DNA of 64,000 bases from an uncultured Pirellulales bacterium. GTDB lineage: Bacteria; Planctomycetota; Phycisphaerae; Sedimentisphaerales; Anaerobacaceae. The DNA is taken from NCBI GenBank assembly GCA_964415045.1, contig CAYPZL010000001.1, positions 14,210 through 78,209 on the forward strand. Reading direction: 5' to 3'. Both the position numbers and the translations under genes were made by a program. Position 1 is the first letter of the stretch. Every line of letters starts with the position of its first letter. The notes under the pieces were generated by a model that was not told where the DNA came from, did not search any database, and was given only the letters and a program-made list of their open reading frames with translations. This document shows positions 53,385 through 62,199 of this stretch, piece after piece.

Positions 53385-54527
53385 TCAATGCGATAGTACG
53401 CCGCGCAGGCCTTTCATCCTGAGGTAGCCCTTGCGCCAGACGATGAGGCCGGAGGCGGCGAATACCAGGACGTAGACAACCGCCGCGTAGCGGGTGCGGA
53501 TCTGGCTCATCGCCAGGCCGATGACCGCGTAGAGGCCGGCCAGACCATAGCAGACCGCCACGGTCTTCTTCAGCGACAGGCCCCGGTCGATCATCTGGTC
53601 GTAGATGTGTCCCCGGTCGGAGACGAAGAGGGGGCGGCGGTTGAGCAGCCGGCGCAGGACGGCCACGGCCGTGTCGAGGATGGGCAGGCCGAAGACGACC
53701 ACCGACGCCAGCCACCAGCGGGGCACGCCTTCGGCGAACATGATCATCAGAGCCGCCACGACGAAGCCCAGGAGCATGCTGCCGGCGTCGCCCATGAATA
53801 TCTTGGCCGGATGCCGGTTGAAGGGCAGAAAGCCGCCGACGCCGCCGACGAGACTCAGGCAGATCACAATCCGCACCGGGTCGCCGAAGTTGCTGAAGCC
53901 CCAGGTGGCCAGGTGGATCGCCAGCAGCAGCATGGCGGTGGAGATGATCGCGGTGACGCCGGCACAGAGCCCGTCGAGCCCGTCGAGCAGGTTCAGCGAG
54001 TTCGTCGCGCCGAGCACGAAGAACGTCACGATCAGCACGTCGAGGACGACTTCGACGTCTCGGGGCATGGGCAGGCCAAGCGGCTCGGCGATGCGGCGCA
54101 GGTTGGGGCTGATGCCGACCAGCAGCAGGAGCACGCCGGCGAGGACCTGGCCGAGAAACTTATGGCGAGGGCGAAGGTCGAGAACGTCGTCGGCCAGGCC
54201 GACGAAGCAGGCGATGGCGGCGCCGGCCAGAATGCCCAGCAGCCAGCACAGCGCCTGCCCAAAGGCGGGCTCGGCGCGCAGCAGGTAGATGCCGGCGAAG
54301 ACGCCGACGGTCAGCCCGACCAGCATTCCGACGCCGCCCAAGTAGGCGATGGGCTCTCTGTGAGTCTTGACGAGGTCGTCGGGCCGGTCCACGATGCCGA
54401 AGCGCAGGGCGACCTTCTTGCACAGGGCGGTGGCGGCCAGGGCGCTGACGAAAGCGGCCGCCGGCACGGGCCAGAACTGGAGCACCCAGCGAAGCGGTCG
54501 GTCCGTGCCTATGAGCGAATCGAGCAT
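53385..54527 (-). CDS. MraY/WecA-family polyprenyl-phosphate N-acetylhexosamine-1-phosphate transferase
   Basis: About 10 TM segments. 'NSLNLLDGLDGLCAG' and 'FMGDAGSMLLGF' motifs. Confidence 0.8.
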   Translation of the reverse strand: MLDSLIGTDRPLRWVLQFWPVPAAAFVSALAATALCKKVALRFGIVDRPDDLVKTHREPIAYLGGVGMLVGLTVGVFAGIYLLRAEPAFGQALCWLLGILAGAAIACFVGLADDVLDLRPRHKFLGQVLAGVLLLLVGISPNLRRIAEPLGLPMPRDVEVVLDVLIVTFFVLGATNSLNLLDGLDGLCAGVTAIISTAMLLLAIHLATWGFSNFGDPVRIVICLSLVGGVGGFLPFNRHPAKIFMGDAGSMLLGFVVAALMIMFAEGVPRWWLASVVVFGLPILDTAVAVLRRLLNRRPLFVSDRGHIYDQMIDRGLSLKKTVAVCYGLAGLYAVIGLAMSQIRTRYAAVVYVLVFAASGLIVWRKGYLRMKGLRGVLSH

Positions 54528-55675
54528 CAGAGCCTCGTGCCTTTGGCGTCGGGCGGCTCGAGCCAGACTTCGGCGTCGTAGCGCAGCATGACGAGGCCGT
54601 CCTGGAATTTGTCGAAGCCGATGCGGGGCCGTTTGCCGGTCAGCTCCTGGAGGATCCAGCGGGGAAAATCGGCTCCGGCCCGGATCGACAGCGGCACGCC
54701 GCCTCCGAAGCGGGGATTGATCTCGATGAACTTGATCTGGTTACGCTTCGTGAGGAAAAGCTGCAACGTCACGACCCCGGGACCGGCCCCGAGGGTCTCG
54801 GCGAGCCTCCGGCTCTCGTCCATGATCCGGGGGTGTTTGGCGGTCTGTCCCTTGCTGACCTCTCCGGAGCGGACCTCGATGCGCCGGCGCGGAACGACGC
54901 AGCGAACGCGCATGTCGAAATCGATGTACACGTCGCAGGTGTACTCGGTCCCCTCCATCAGCTCCTGGCAGATGGCGTTGGGGATTCTCCGGGCCTGCCA
55001 GCGCAGCTCGGCGGGCGTGTGGACGATGGCGTTGTCACGGCCGGCGTACCCGTCCCAGCGTTTGAGGAAGCGCGGCCAGGCGAGCTGCCGCTTGCGGTCG
55101 GCCGCGAGGGTGGTGCGCACGCTCATGGTCTCCGGCGTGCCGAACCCGTGCCGCGTCAGGAAGCCGAACGTGCGCCGCTTGTCCCGGCAGATGTCGATGG
55201 CTTCGGGATCGGAGACGAGCACGCGACAGCCCAGACGCTCGAACCGCGATTTGTTCCGGGCCAGCAGCGGCAGATCGAGGTCCACCGTGGGGACCAGCAA
55301 CCGGATGTCACGCTCGCGCACGATGGACAAGAGCTGACTGATGTAGCGGGCGTGGGTGGTCGGTTTGACCAGGAACGCCTCGTCGCACAGTTGCAGCGCC
55401 GGGCTCAGCGACGTGGTGTCGGTGCCGCAGAAGCAGGCGGGCAGGCGCAGCTTCCGGGCGGCCCGGGCAAAAGAGCGCAGCAGCGACACGCGCCGGCCGA
55501 TGCAGGTGAAGAGCACGGCGATCCGGCCCCCGCCTTGCCCCGGGCGCGTCGGTCGCATGGTGTCGGCCGTTGTCATGTCGACCGGTGATCTGCCCATGTT
55601 GTCTCCTGCCCACGTTCGTGACGGCGGCGACGTGCCAGCTTCATCATAAGAAGGATGAGATCGTGGATCAACCAT
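54527..55675 (-). CDS. ATP-grasp domain protein
   Basis: CPSase-like ATP-grasp pattern ('ICRDKRRTFGFLTRHG', 'EYTCDVY', 'IEINPRFGGG'). The start is uncertain (Met candidates at 55597, 55576, 55558). Confidence 0.7.
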   Translation of the reverse strand: MVDPRSHPSYDEAGTSPPSRTWAGDNMGRSPVDMTTADTMRPTRPGQGGGRIAVLFTCIGRRVSLLRSFARAARKLRLPACFCGTDTTSLSPALQLCDEAFLVKPTTHARYISQLLSIVRERDIRLLVPTVDLDLPLLARNKSRFERLGCRVLVSDPEAIDICRDKRRTFGFLTRHGFGTPETMSVRTTLAADRKRQLAWPRFLKRWDGYAGRDNAIVHTPAELRWQARRIPNAICQELMEGTEYTCDVYIDFDMRVRCVVPRRRIEVRSGEVSKGQTAKHPRIMDESRRLAETLGAGPGVVTLQLFLTKRNQIKFIEINPRFGGGVPLSIRAGADFPRWILQELTGKRPRIGFDKFQDGLVMLRYDAEVWLEPPDAKGTRL

Positions 55676-55705
55676 GCATCCTCGGTGCCGACGGTCGTCA
55701 TTTGT

Positions 55706-55734
55706 TTGACATTGTTCATAAAGGCATATAAACT
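55706..55734 (+). promoter_or_regulatory. promoter TTGACA-17nt-TAAACT (or 15 nt to TATAAA) in an AT-rich divergent intergenic region
   Basis: ttgaca 55706-55711; tataaa 55727-55732 or taaact 55729-55734. Confidence 0.4.
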
Positions 55735-55862
55735 AAAATATTTAACAGGTAAATCGGTGAAAAAGGGTTTGGAGTTTAGGGACTGTCGGTGGCCCGTTGA
55801 AACAGGCCTCGCAAACGTTCGGGAGAAGCACATTGTTGAAGGTTCACGAAAATCCGCCCATC

Positions 55863-56399
55863 ATGTGGCCTCCGGTGGAGTCCGTCCGGCTCTTCGAGGG
55901 GCAGTGGTGGGTCGCGCATACCAAGAGCAGAAATGAAAAGGCCCTGGCCCACGATCTGATGGCGAAGGATGTCAGCTACTTTCTGCCGATGACCTGGAAA
56001 GTGCGGCGCAGCAGCCACCGAACGATCAAATCGCTGCTGCCGCTCTTTACGGGCTATCTGTTCTTCTGCGGCAACGAGAACGACCGGGTCGAGCTGCTCA
56101 AAACCAATCGCGTGGCGAATCTTCTGGTGGTGACGGATCAGGACGTTCTGGTCAAAGAGCTCGTTCGATTCGAGCAGGCGCTGCGTGCCGGGGCGCCGCT
56201 GGTGCCGCACAAATACATCGAAAAAGGCCAGTGGTGCCGGGTGATCGCCGGCCCTCTGCTCGGCCTGGAGGGCATTGTCATCCAGACCCGGGGCAATACG
56301 CGTCTGGTGCTTCAGATCGATATGCTGGGCCAGGCTGCCAGCGTTGAGATCGACGTCGATATGATTGAGCCCGTGCCGAAGCCGCCGGAACGCTCCTGA
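55863..56399 (+). CDS. NusG-paralog transcription antiterminator (UpxY/LoaP/RfaH-like)
   Basis: NGN 'WWVAHTKSRNEKALAHDL...FLPM' and 'PLFTGYLFF'. KOW 'GQWCRVIAGPLLGLEGIV'. Confidence 0.75.
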   Translation: MWPPVESVRLFEGQWWVAHTKSRNEKALAHDLMAKDVSYFLPMTWKVRRSSHRTIKSLLPLFTGYLFFCGNENDRVELLKTNRVANLLVVTDQDVLVKELVRFEQALRAGAPLVPHKYIEKGQWCRVIAGPLLGLEGIVIQTRGNTRLVLQIDMLGQAASVEIDVDMIEPVPKPPERS

Positions 56400-56518
56400 C
56401 GGGCGGGGAACAGAGTTAAACGGGCACCGCCGGTTGGCCGAAGAGAAGGTGTGTGGCCCCGGCGTTGGGGGCCGCGCGACGAGCGCATGCCGCTGACTGC
56501 GTTGGCGAGGTATACAGA

Positions 56519-57538
56519 GTGATTATTCGGACCAAAGCCTATCCTAGAGTGGGGCTCATAGGAAACCCCTCGGACGGCTATTTCGGCAAGACCATCTCGT
56601 TCGTGTTCAGCAACTTCCAGGCCGAGGTGGTCCTATATGAGACGCCGGAGCTGGAAATTCTGCCCAGCGAGAAAGACCGCTCGTGCTTCGCGAGCATCGA
56701 CGGGCTGGTGCGGGACGTGCGCCTGCACGGCTACTACGGCGGGATTCGCCTGCTCAAGGCGACGGTCAAGAAGTTCTACGACTACTGCCGGGCCAATCAG
56801 ATCGACCTGCACGCCAAGAACTTCACGATCCGCTACGAATCCAACATTCCCCACGGGGTCGGCCTGGCCGGCTCCAGCGCGATCATTACGGCGTGCCTGC
56901 GGGCTTTGATGGCCTTTTACGGGGTCAGCATCCCCAAGTACGTACAGGCCAATCTGGTCCTGGAGGCCGAGGTCGAGGAGTTGCATATTCCGGCCGGCCT
57001 GCAGGACCGGGTCATTCAGGTCTATGAGGGCCTGGTATACATGGATTTTGCAAAGGACATCATGTCCCGGCAGGGATACGGCAGCTACGCGCCGCTCGAT
57101 CCCAAGCTTCTGCCCCGGCTCTACGTGGCCTACCGCGACGACCTTGGCGAGCCGACGGAGAAGTTCCACAACAACATTCGGCACCGCTTCGAGCAGGGCG
57201 AGCGCAAGGTGGTCAACGCCATGCGCTTCTGGGCCAACCTGGCCGACAAGGTCAGGAAGTGTCTCGTCAGCGGAGACCCCGCGCAGATCGGGGCGCTGCT
57301 CGACGCCAATTTCGACAGAAGACGACAGATCTACCAGCTCAGCGAAGAGAATCTGCGCATGGTGGAGGCCGCCCGCTCGGTCGGGGCCAGCGCCAAGTTT
57401 ACCGGTTCGGGCGGCGCCATCGTCGGCACGTACGCCGACGATGGCATGTTCAGTGATTTACGCAAGAAGCTGCGGAAGCTCCACGTCAAGCTCATCAAGC
57501 CGAAAATTGTCCCCGGAAAAGGAAACGCCAGATTATGA
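56519..57538 (+). CDS. GHMP-family sugar-1-kinase, glucuronokinase-like
   Basis: GTG start with RBS ggcgagg. 'VGLIGNPSDGYFGKTIS', 'GYYGGIRLL', GHMP motif 'GVGLAGSSAI', 'AGLQDRVIQVYEGLVYMDF', 'KFTGSGGAIVG'. Confidence 0.65.
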   Translation: MIIRTKAYPRVGLIGNPSDGYFGKTISFVFSNFQAEVVLYETPELEILPSEKDRSCFASIDGLVRDVRLHGYYGGIRLLKATVKKFYDYCRANQIDLHAKNFTIRYESNIPHGVGLAGSSAIITACLRALMAFYGVSIPKYVQANLVLEAEVEELHIPAGLQDRVIQVYEGLVYMDFAKDIMSRQGYGSYAPLDPKLLPRLYVAYRDDLGEPTEKFHNNIRHRFEQGERKVVNAMRFWANLADKVRKCLVSGDPAQIGALLDANFDRRRQIYQLSEENLRMVEAARSVGASAKFTGSGGAIVGTYADDGMFSDLRKKLRKLHVKLIKPKIVPGKGNARL

Positions 57539-58401
57539 TTCGCAAGGCCGTCATTCCCGCCGCCGGTTTCGGGACCCGCTTCCTTCCGGCCACGAAATCA
57601 CAGCCGAAGGAGATGCTGCCGATTGTGGATACTCCCGTGATTCAGTACGTGGTAGAAGAGGCCGTGCAGGCCGGGATCACCGACCTGCTCATGGTCATCG
57701 GCAAGGGCAAGCGGGCCATCGAGGAACACTTCGACCGCAGTTTTGCTCTCGAGGCGCAGCTCGAAGCGCGAGGCAAGACGGCCGAACTCGAGGCGATGCG
57801 GCGTATCTCCGACCTCGCGGACATCTATTTCGTCTGGCAGAAGCAGATGCGCGGGCTTGGGGACGCGGTGTACTGCGCCCGATACCACGTGGATGACGAA
57901 CCGTTTCTCGTGCTCCTGGGGGACACGCTGATCGATGCGGAGGTGCCGGCGGCCCGCCAGCTCGTGACGCTTTTCGAGGAACTCCAGCAGCCGATCGTAC
58001 TGCTGGAAGAAGTTGAGCCCAAGCGGGTCAGCCTGTACGGAATCATCGACGGGCAGGAGGTCAGGCCCGGCGTCTATCGCATCAACGACTTCGTCGAAAA
58101 GCCCCGTCCGCAAGACGCACCTTCGCATCTGGCGATTTCCGGGCGGTATCTGCTCACGCCGGACGTCCTGGAGTGCATCCGTCAGACGGGGCTGGACGCC
58201 AACGGCGAGGTCCAGCTCACCGAGGCGCTGCGCACGCTGGCGCGGAAGCGGCCGATGTATGGACTGAAGCTGAAAGGCCGGCGCTGTGACATCGGCAACA
58301 AGGAAGGATTCATCCGGACGAACATCGAGTTCGCCCTGAAGCGCGAGGATATGGCCGGCGATTTGCGGCGATACCTCGTCGAGCTTGCCGGGCGGCTGTG
58401 A
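57535..58401 (+). CDS. galU: UTP--glucose-1-phosphate uridylyltransferase
   Basis: 'KAVIPAAGFGTRFLPATKSQPKEMLPIVD' and 'GKGKRAIEEHFD'. 4-nt overlap with the kinase gene. Confidence 0.9.
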   Translation: MIRKAVIPAAGFGTRFLPATKSQPKEMLPIVDTPVIQYVVEEAVQAGITDLLMVIGKGKRAIEEHFDRSFALEAQLEARGKTAELEAMRRISDLADIYFVWQKQMRGLGDAVYCARYHVDDEPFLVLLGDTLIDAEVPAARQLVTLFEELQQPIVLLEEVEPKRVSLYGIIDGQEVRPGVYRINDFVEKPRPQDAPSHLAISGRYLLTPDVLECIRQTGLDANGEVQLTEALRTLARKRPMYGLKLKGRRCDIGNKEGFIRTNIEFALKREDMAGDLRRYLVELAGRL

Positions 58402-58458
58402 CGCCCCGGGCGAAACCTCCGCAACGACGATTCTCTTTGAAAAGGACGGATACTCAGC

Positions 58459-59403
58459 ATGAAAGCCGTAGTTACCGGAGCAGCAGGTTTCATTGGTTCC
58501 CATCTGACCGAGCGACTCTTGAAGGACGGCTGGGCGGTGGTCGGCGTGGACAACTTCGACGATTTCTACGACCCCGCCATCAAGCGGCGCAATCTGGCCG
58601 CCTGCATCGCCAACGAGGATTTCACGCTGGTCGAGGCCGACATTCGGGACAGGGCGTCCATGGAACGCGCCATTTCGGACGATACCGACGTCGTGATCCA
58701 TCTGGCCGCCAGGGCGGGGGTGCGGCCGTCCATCGAGCAGCCTGAGCTTTATACCGACGTCAACATCAACGGGACCGTCGTCCTGCTCGAAATCGCACGC
58801 GAGCGGGGTTTGAAGCGCTTCATCTTTGCCTCGAGCTCCAGCGTCTACGGCAACAACGAGAAGGTCCCGTTTTCAGAAGACGACAACGTGGATTTCCCCA
58901 TCTCGCCGTACGCGGCCACGAAGAAGGCCGGTGAGCTGATTTGTCACACGTATCATCATCTCTACGACATCTCGATGATCTGTCTGCGCTTCTTCACCGT
59001 GTACGGCCCGCGGCAGCGGCCGGACCTGGCCATCCACAAATTCGCCCGGCTCATCGAGGCGGGTGAGCCGGTCCCCGTCTACGGCGACGGTACGATGATG
59101 CGCGACTTCACCTACATCGACGATATCATTCACGGTGTCATTGCCTCGATCGGCAGATGCACGGGCTACGATATCTACAACCTCGGCGAGTCGCAGCCGA
59201 TTTGCGTCAACGATCTTATCTCGGAATTGGAAGACGCGCTCGGCAAGAAAGCGATTCGCAACCATCTGCCGCTGCAGCCGGGCGACGTGGACCGGACCTA
59301 CGCCGACGTCGCCAGGGCCGAAAAGGAGCTTGGCTATCGGCGCACCACTGACATCCGCACCGGCCTGGCTCAGTTCGTGGCCTGGCTGCGCCAGGACGCG
59401 TAA
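58459..59403 (+). CDS. NAD-dependent nucleotide-sugar epimerase (UDP-glucuronate 4-epimerase-like)
   Basis: 'VTGAAGFIGSHL', 'SSSSVYG', 'YAATKKAGE' (YxxxK). Confidence 0.8.
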   Translation: MKAVVTGAAGFIGSHLTERLLKDGWAVVGVDNFDDFYDPAIKRRNLAACIANEDFTLVEADIRDRASMERAISDDTDVVIHLAARAGVRPSIEQPELYTDVNINGTVVLLEIARERGLKRFIFASSSSVYGNNEKVPFSEDDNVDFPISPYAATKKAGELICHTYHHLYDISMICLRFFTVYGPRQRPDLAIHKFARLIEAGEPVPVYGDGTMMRDFTYIDDIIHGVIASIGRCTGYDIYNLGESQPICVNDLISELEDALGKKAIRNHLPLQPGDVDRTYADVARAEKELGYRRTTDIRTGLAQFVAWLRQDA

Positions 59404-59440
59404 CGCAGGCCATTGTCCAGAGCAGATGCGGGAGCACCCA

Positions 59441-59800
59441 ATGGCTGAAACACGCAGAGACACCCTGAGGCTCAATCCCGGCCGTGGCCCGAAGCGGCCT
59501 TCAATGGCAGCAGTTTCGATTCTTCTCTTGTCTGCCCTGGTATGTACTCAGAAGACTCACGGAGCAAACCGCCCATCCGGCATGGATGCGGAACTGAGGG
59601 CGAAATACAAAGCTGCGGCACCGTTGAATCACACCGTCAAGATCACCAGGGCCGGCAGCGTCCTGAAGCTTGACTACGAACTTGTCGGCACCGATGGAAA
59701 AGCATATTCCCTCTGGAAGATTCGCGATCGAAGCAAGCCAGCGTTCTCAGTCTATCGAGACAACGTCAAAGTAGGCGGCGGCACATTCGAGTTCGGCTGA
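59441..59800 (+). CDS. small secreted beta-rich protein ending at a TGA that is in frame with the next ORF
   Basis: Signal 'AAVSILLLSALVCTQKTHG'. Ends '...VGGGTFEFG*'. Confidence 0.5.
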   Translation: MAETRRDTLRLNPGRGPKRPSMAAVSILLLSALVCTQKTHGANRPSGMDAELRAKYKAAAPLNHTVKITRAGSVLKLDYELVGTDGKAYSLWKIRDRSKPAFSVYRDNVKVGGGTFEFG

Positions 59801-59810
59801 GGCGGATCTT

Positions 59811-59840
59811 GGTGTTCGTACTCGTGGCGAGTACCCTACC
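59811..59840 (+). other. RNA hairpin starting 11 nt downstream of the in-frame TGA (SECIS-like position)
   Basis: Upper stem GUACUC(59818-59823)/GAGUAC(59829-59834) with loop GUGGC. Lower stem GGUG(59811-14)/UACC(59837-40) across an internal loop. Confidence 0.35.
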
Positions 59841-59842
59841 AT

Positions 59843-60622
59843 GTGTCCGGCGACCTGCAAATCGTCGTCTCGGCCGATATAGGCGAGTTCGGCCCCACAG
59901 ACGGCGAGCCCGTCACGTATCATTTCAACCCCCTCTATCACGCCCAGGGCATGATCCCATGGTTGCTGTTGCCGTTGGCCTTTGTCGCTCTCCGAGAGAA
60001 TCGGACACCACGAGCCGCATGGATTCTCGCCCCGATCGCATTGTTGGCCACGGTATATCTGGTCGTGATCAGGATGATGCGGGTGACCTCCGGGAGTGCG
60101 GCCCAGTTGCATGTGATGTTTACGATCATCGTTCTCGGATTGTCCATGGTCTGGCTGCTTGCCGAACGCATTGGACGTCGAAATCGCTTTGTCACGTTCC
60201 TGCTGGCGAGCCTGATCTACTTCGGTTTCCTGGGCGTCAGCCTGCTGGCCAACGGACGGAGCCGGGATGTCACTGCGATTGCGTCTCTCGCAGCCGTTTC
60301 GATTCCGGCGATTCTATTGGCCCTTTTTCTTGCCACGCCGCACTGTACAAAGCCTTTCCACGGCGCTCGATTCGTCGCATGGGTCGGGGTCGCGCTGTTT
60401 GTCGCGTTACTGGTCACATTTTCGGTAATCATGTTCGTGTTCTACCGGCCCTCGAACCGTTCGATTGAGAGTCTGCTGAGGGAATTGCTGATCGCCTCCT
60501 TCTTCGGTAGCCTGATATACTACGCGGGCCTGCTGCCGTTCCTGGTTTTGCTGTTGGCGAATCCCTTCTGGCGAAAACGCCTTGAGGCCGTTCTGGGGCT
60601 CCAGACGGAGGTTCCTTCGTAG
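59843..60622 (+). CDS. polytopic membrane protein of unknown function (same frame as 59441-59800)
   Basis: About 7 hydrophobic segments after a beta-rich N-terminus 'GDLQIVVSADIGEFGPTDGEPVTYHF'. GTG start assumed by the ORF track. Confidence 0.5.
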   Translation: MSGDLQIVVSADIGEFGPTDGEPVTYHFNPLYHAQGMIPWLLLPLAFVALRENRTPRAAWILAPIALLATVYLVVIRMMRVTSGSAAQLHVMFTIIVLGLSMVWLLAERIGRRNRFVTFLLASLIYFGFLGVSLLANGRSRDVTAIASLAAVSIPAILLALFLATPHCTKPFHGARFVAWVGVALFVALLVTFSVIMFVFYRPSNRSIESLLRELLIASFFGSLIYYAGLLPFLVLLLANPFWRKRLEAVLGLQTEVPS

Positions 60623-60658
60623 TCTTGATCTTGCGTGCCGGCGAATCTCCATTAAGGC

Positions 60659-60687
60659 TTGCAGGGGGCTTGTATCTCCGTTATTCT
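60659..60687 (+). promoter_or_regulatory. possible promoter TTGCAG-17nt-TATTCT giving asnA a ~170-nt leader
   Basis: Hexamers at 60659-60664 and 60682-60687. Confidence 0.3.
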
Positions 60688-60865
60688 CGCGGCCCTATGG
60701 ATACTCTGGGACAGAGTTTGTGTGGATGTGACAGCCCGGCATGGGACGGTCGAGCGTCTCCCTGTGCGGAATGGCGCCCTCGGCATTTTTTTTGAGCCGT
60801 CCCAAAACGTACGTCGATGCAGTGCCCACGGACATGTGGTGACATCTTGATAGGAGGACAACCCA

Positions 60866-61996
60866 ATGGCAGACAAGAAAGCAGACCTGGCCGGCCCCGG
60901 AATTGGTGACTACGCAGAACTCGAGAAGATTCTGCCCGACGACTACAGCACGCCGCTTTCGCCGAAAGAGACGCAGATTGCGATCTACGCGGCGAAGGAC
61001 TACATCGAGGAGCATTTGTGTAAAGAGCTGAATCTGATTCGCGTCCAGGTGCCGCTGATCGTGGACGTCGAGAGCGGCGTCAACGACATGCTGGATCGCG
61101 ACGGGTCGCGTACGCCGATTCAGTTTCACATCTCCAACGACTACGACAAGAACCCCGTGGACGCCCAGGTCGTGCAGGCCGCGACGAAATGGAAACGTAT
61201 GGCGCTCAAGCAGTTCGGCATGGATATCGGCGAAGGTCTGGTCACGGACATGCGGGCCGTGCGGAAGGACTACTTCCTCGACCACGATCACAGCGCCTAC
61301 GTGGATCAGTGGGATTGGGAACTGGCCATCACCGCCGAGCAGCGCACGCTGGCGTTTCTCAAGCAGGTGGTGCAGAAGCTCTGGAAGGTCCTGAAAGGCG
61401 CCGAGCTTCACGTCCAGGAGATGTTCCCTCAGTTGAAGCAGGATCGCTATCCCGACCTGCCGGACGAGTTGACGTTTCTCCACGCCGAGGAGATCCTGGA
61501 GATGTACCCGGACCTGCCGCGCAAGGCCCGCGAGACGGCGGTCGTGCAGAAATATCCGGCCATCTTCATTTACGGCATCGGCTGGCCGCTCAAGGACGGC
61601 TACCCGCACGAGATGAGGGCCGCCGACTACGATGACTGGGCCACCGACACCAGTGCCGAGACGGGCAAGCCCACGCACGGCCTCAACGGCGATATTCTCG
61701 TGTGGAACCCCGTCACGAAACGCCGCCACGAGCTGACCTCGATGGGCATCCGCGTCAACGCCGAGACGCTCAGGCAACAGCTTGAGATGTCGGGCCAGCT
61801 CGACATGCTCGAGTTCCCGTACCACCAGGCCATTATCAACGACCAGATTCCGTTGAGCATCGGCGGCGGTATCGGCCAGTCGCGCACGTATATGCTTCTG
61901 CTGAAAAAGGCCCACCTCGGCGAGGTCAGCGCCACGGTCTGGCCCAAGATCCTCAAGGACATGTGCCACCGGAAGAACATTCACGTCATCGACTGA
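60866..61996 (+). CDS. asnA: aspartate--ammonia ligase (asparagine synthetase A)
   Basis: RBS aggagg. 'QVPLIVDVESGVNDMLDRDG', 'DQWDWELAI', 'GGGIGQSRTYMLLL'. Confidence 0.85.
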   Translation: MADKKADLAGPGIGDYAELEKILPDDYSTPLSPKETQIAIYAAKDYIEEHLCKELNLIRVQVPLIVDVESGVNDMLDRDGSRTPIQFHISNDYDKNPVDAQVVQAATKWKRMALKQFGMDIGEGLVTDMRAVRKDYFLDHDHSAYVDQWDWELAITAEQRTLAFLKQVVQKLWKVLKGAELHVQEMFPQLKQDRYPDLPDELTFLHAEEILEMYPDLPRKARETAVVQKYPAIFIYGIGWPLKDGYPHEMRAADYDDWATDTSAETGKPTHGLNGDILVWNPVTKRRHELTSMGIRVNAETLRQQLEMSGQLDMLEFPYHQAIINDQIPLSIGGGIGQSRTYMLLLKKAHLGEVSATVWPKILKDMCHRKNIHVID

Positions 61997-62141
61997 GTGA
62001 GGTTCGACGATTCGGGCGCTGAGTGGCGGATGCGCTACCGATGCGAGAGGATCTTTGTGTTATGGGACGCTGGCCGGCGTCCACCTCGGCCGGGTTGCAT
62101 TGGCCGTTTGGCCCGCACCGAGAGTCTGAAACAGGCGGCGC

Positions 62142-62170
62142 TTGACCTGGGGGCGGAAGACCGGTAGAAT
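62142..62170 (+). promoter_or_regulatory. sigma70-like promoter TTGACC-17nt-TAGAAT
   Basis: Hexamers at 62142-62147 and 62165-62170. Confidence 0.4.
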
Positions 62171-62199
62171 TGCCGCCACATTGAACTTGTGTCCTATGG

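Noticed and set aside
60688-60865. Possible attenuator or riboswitch in the asnA leader, based on a T8 run at about 60786-60793 in a GC-rich leader.
   Set aside because: I could not find a stable GC-rich stem immediately 5' of the T-run, only a 7-bp long-range pairing gggacgg/ccgtccc spanning it. No known riboswitch consensus was recognised. It needs RNA folding or Rfam to revisit.
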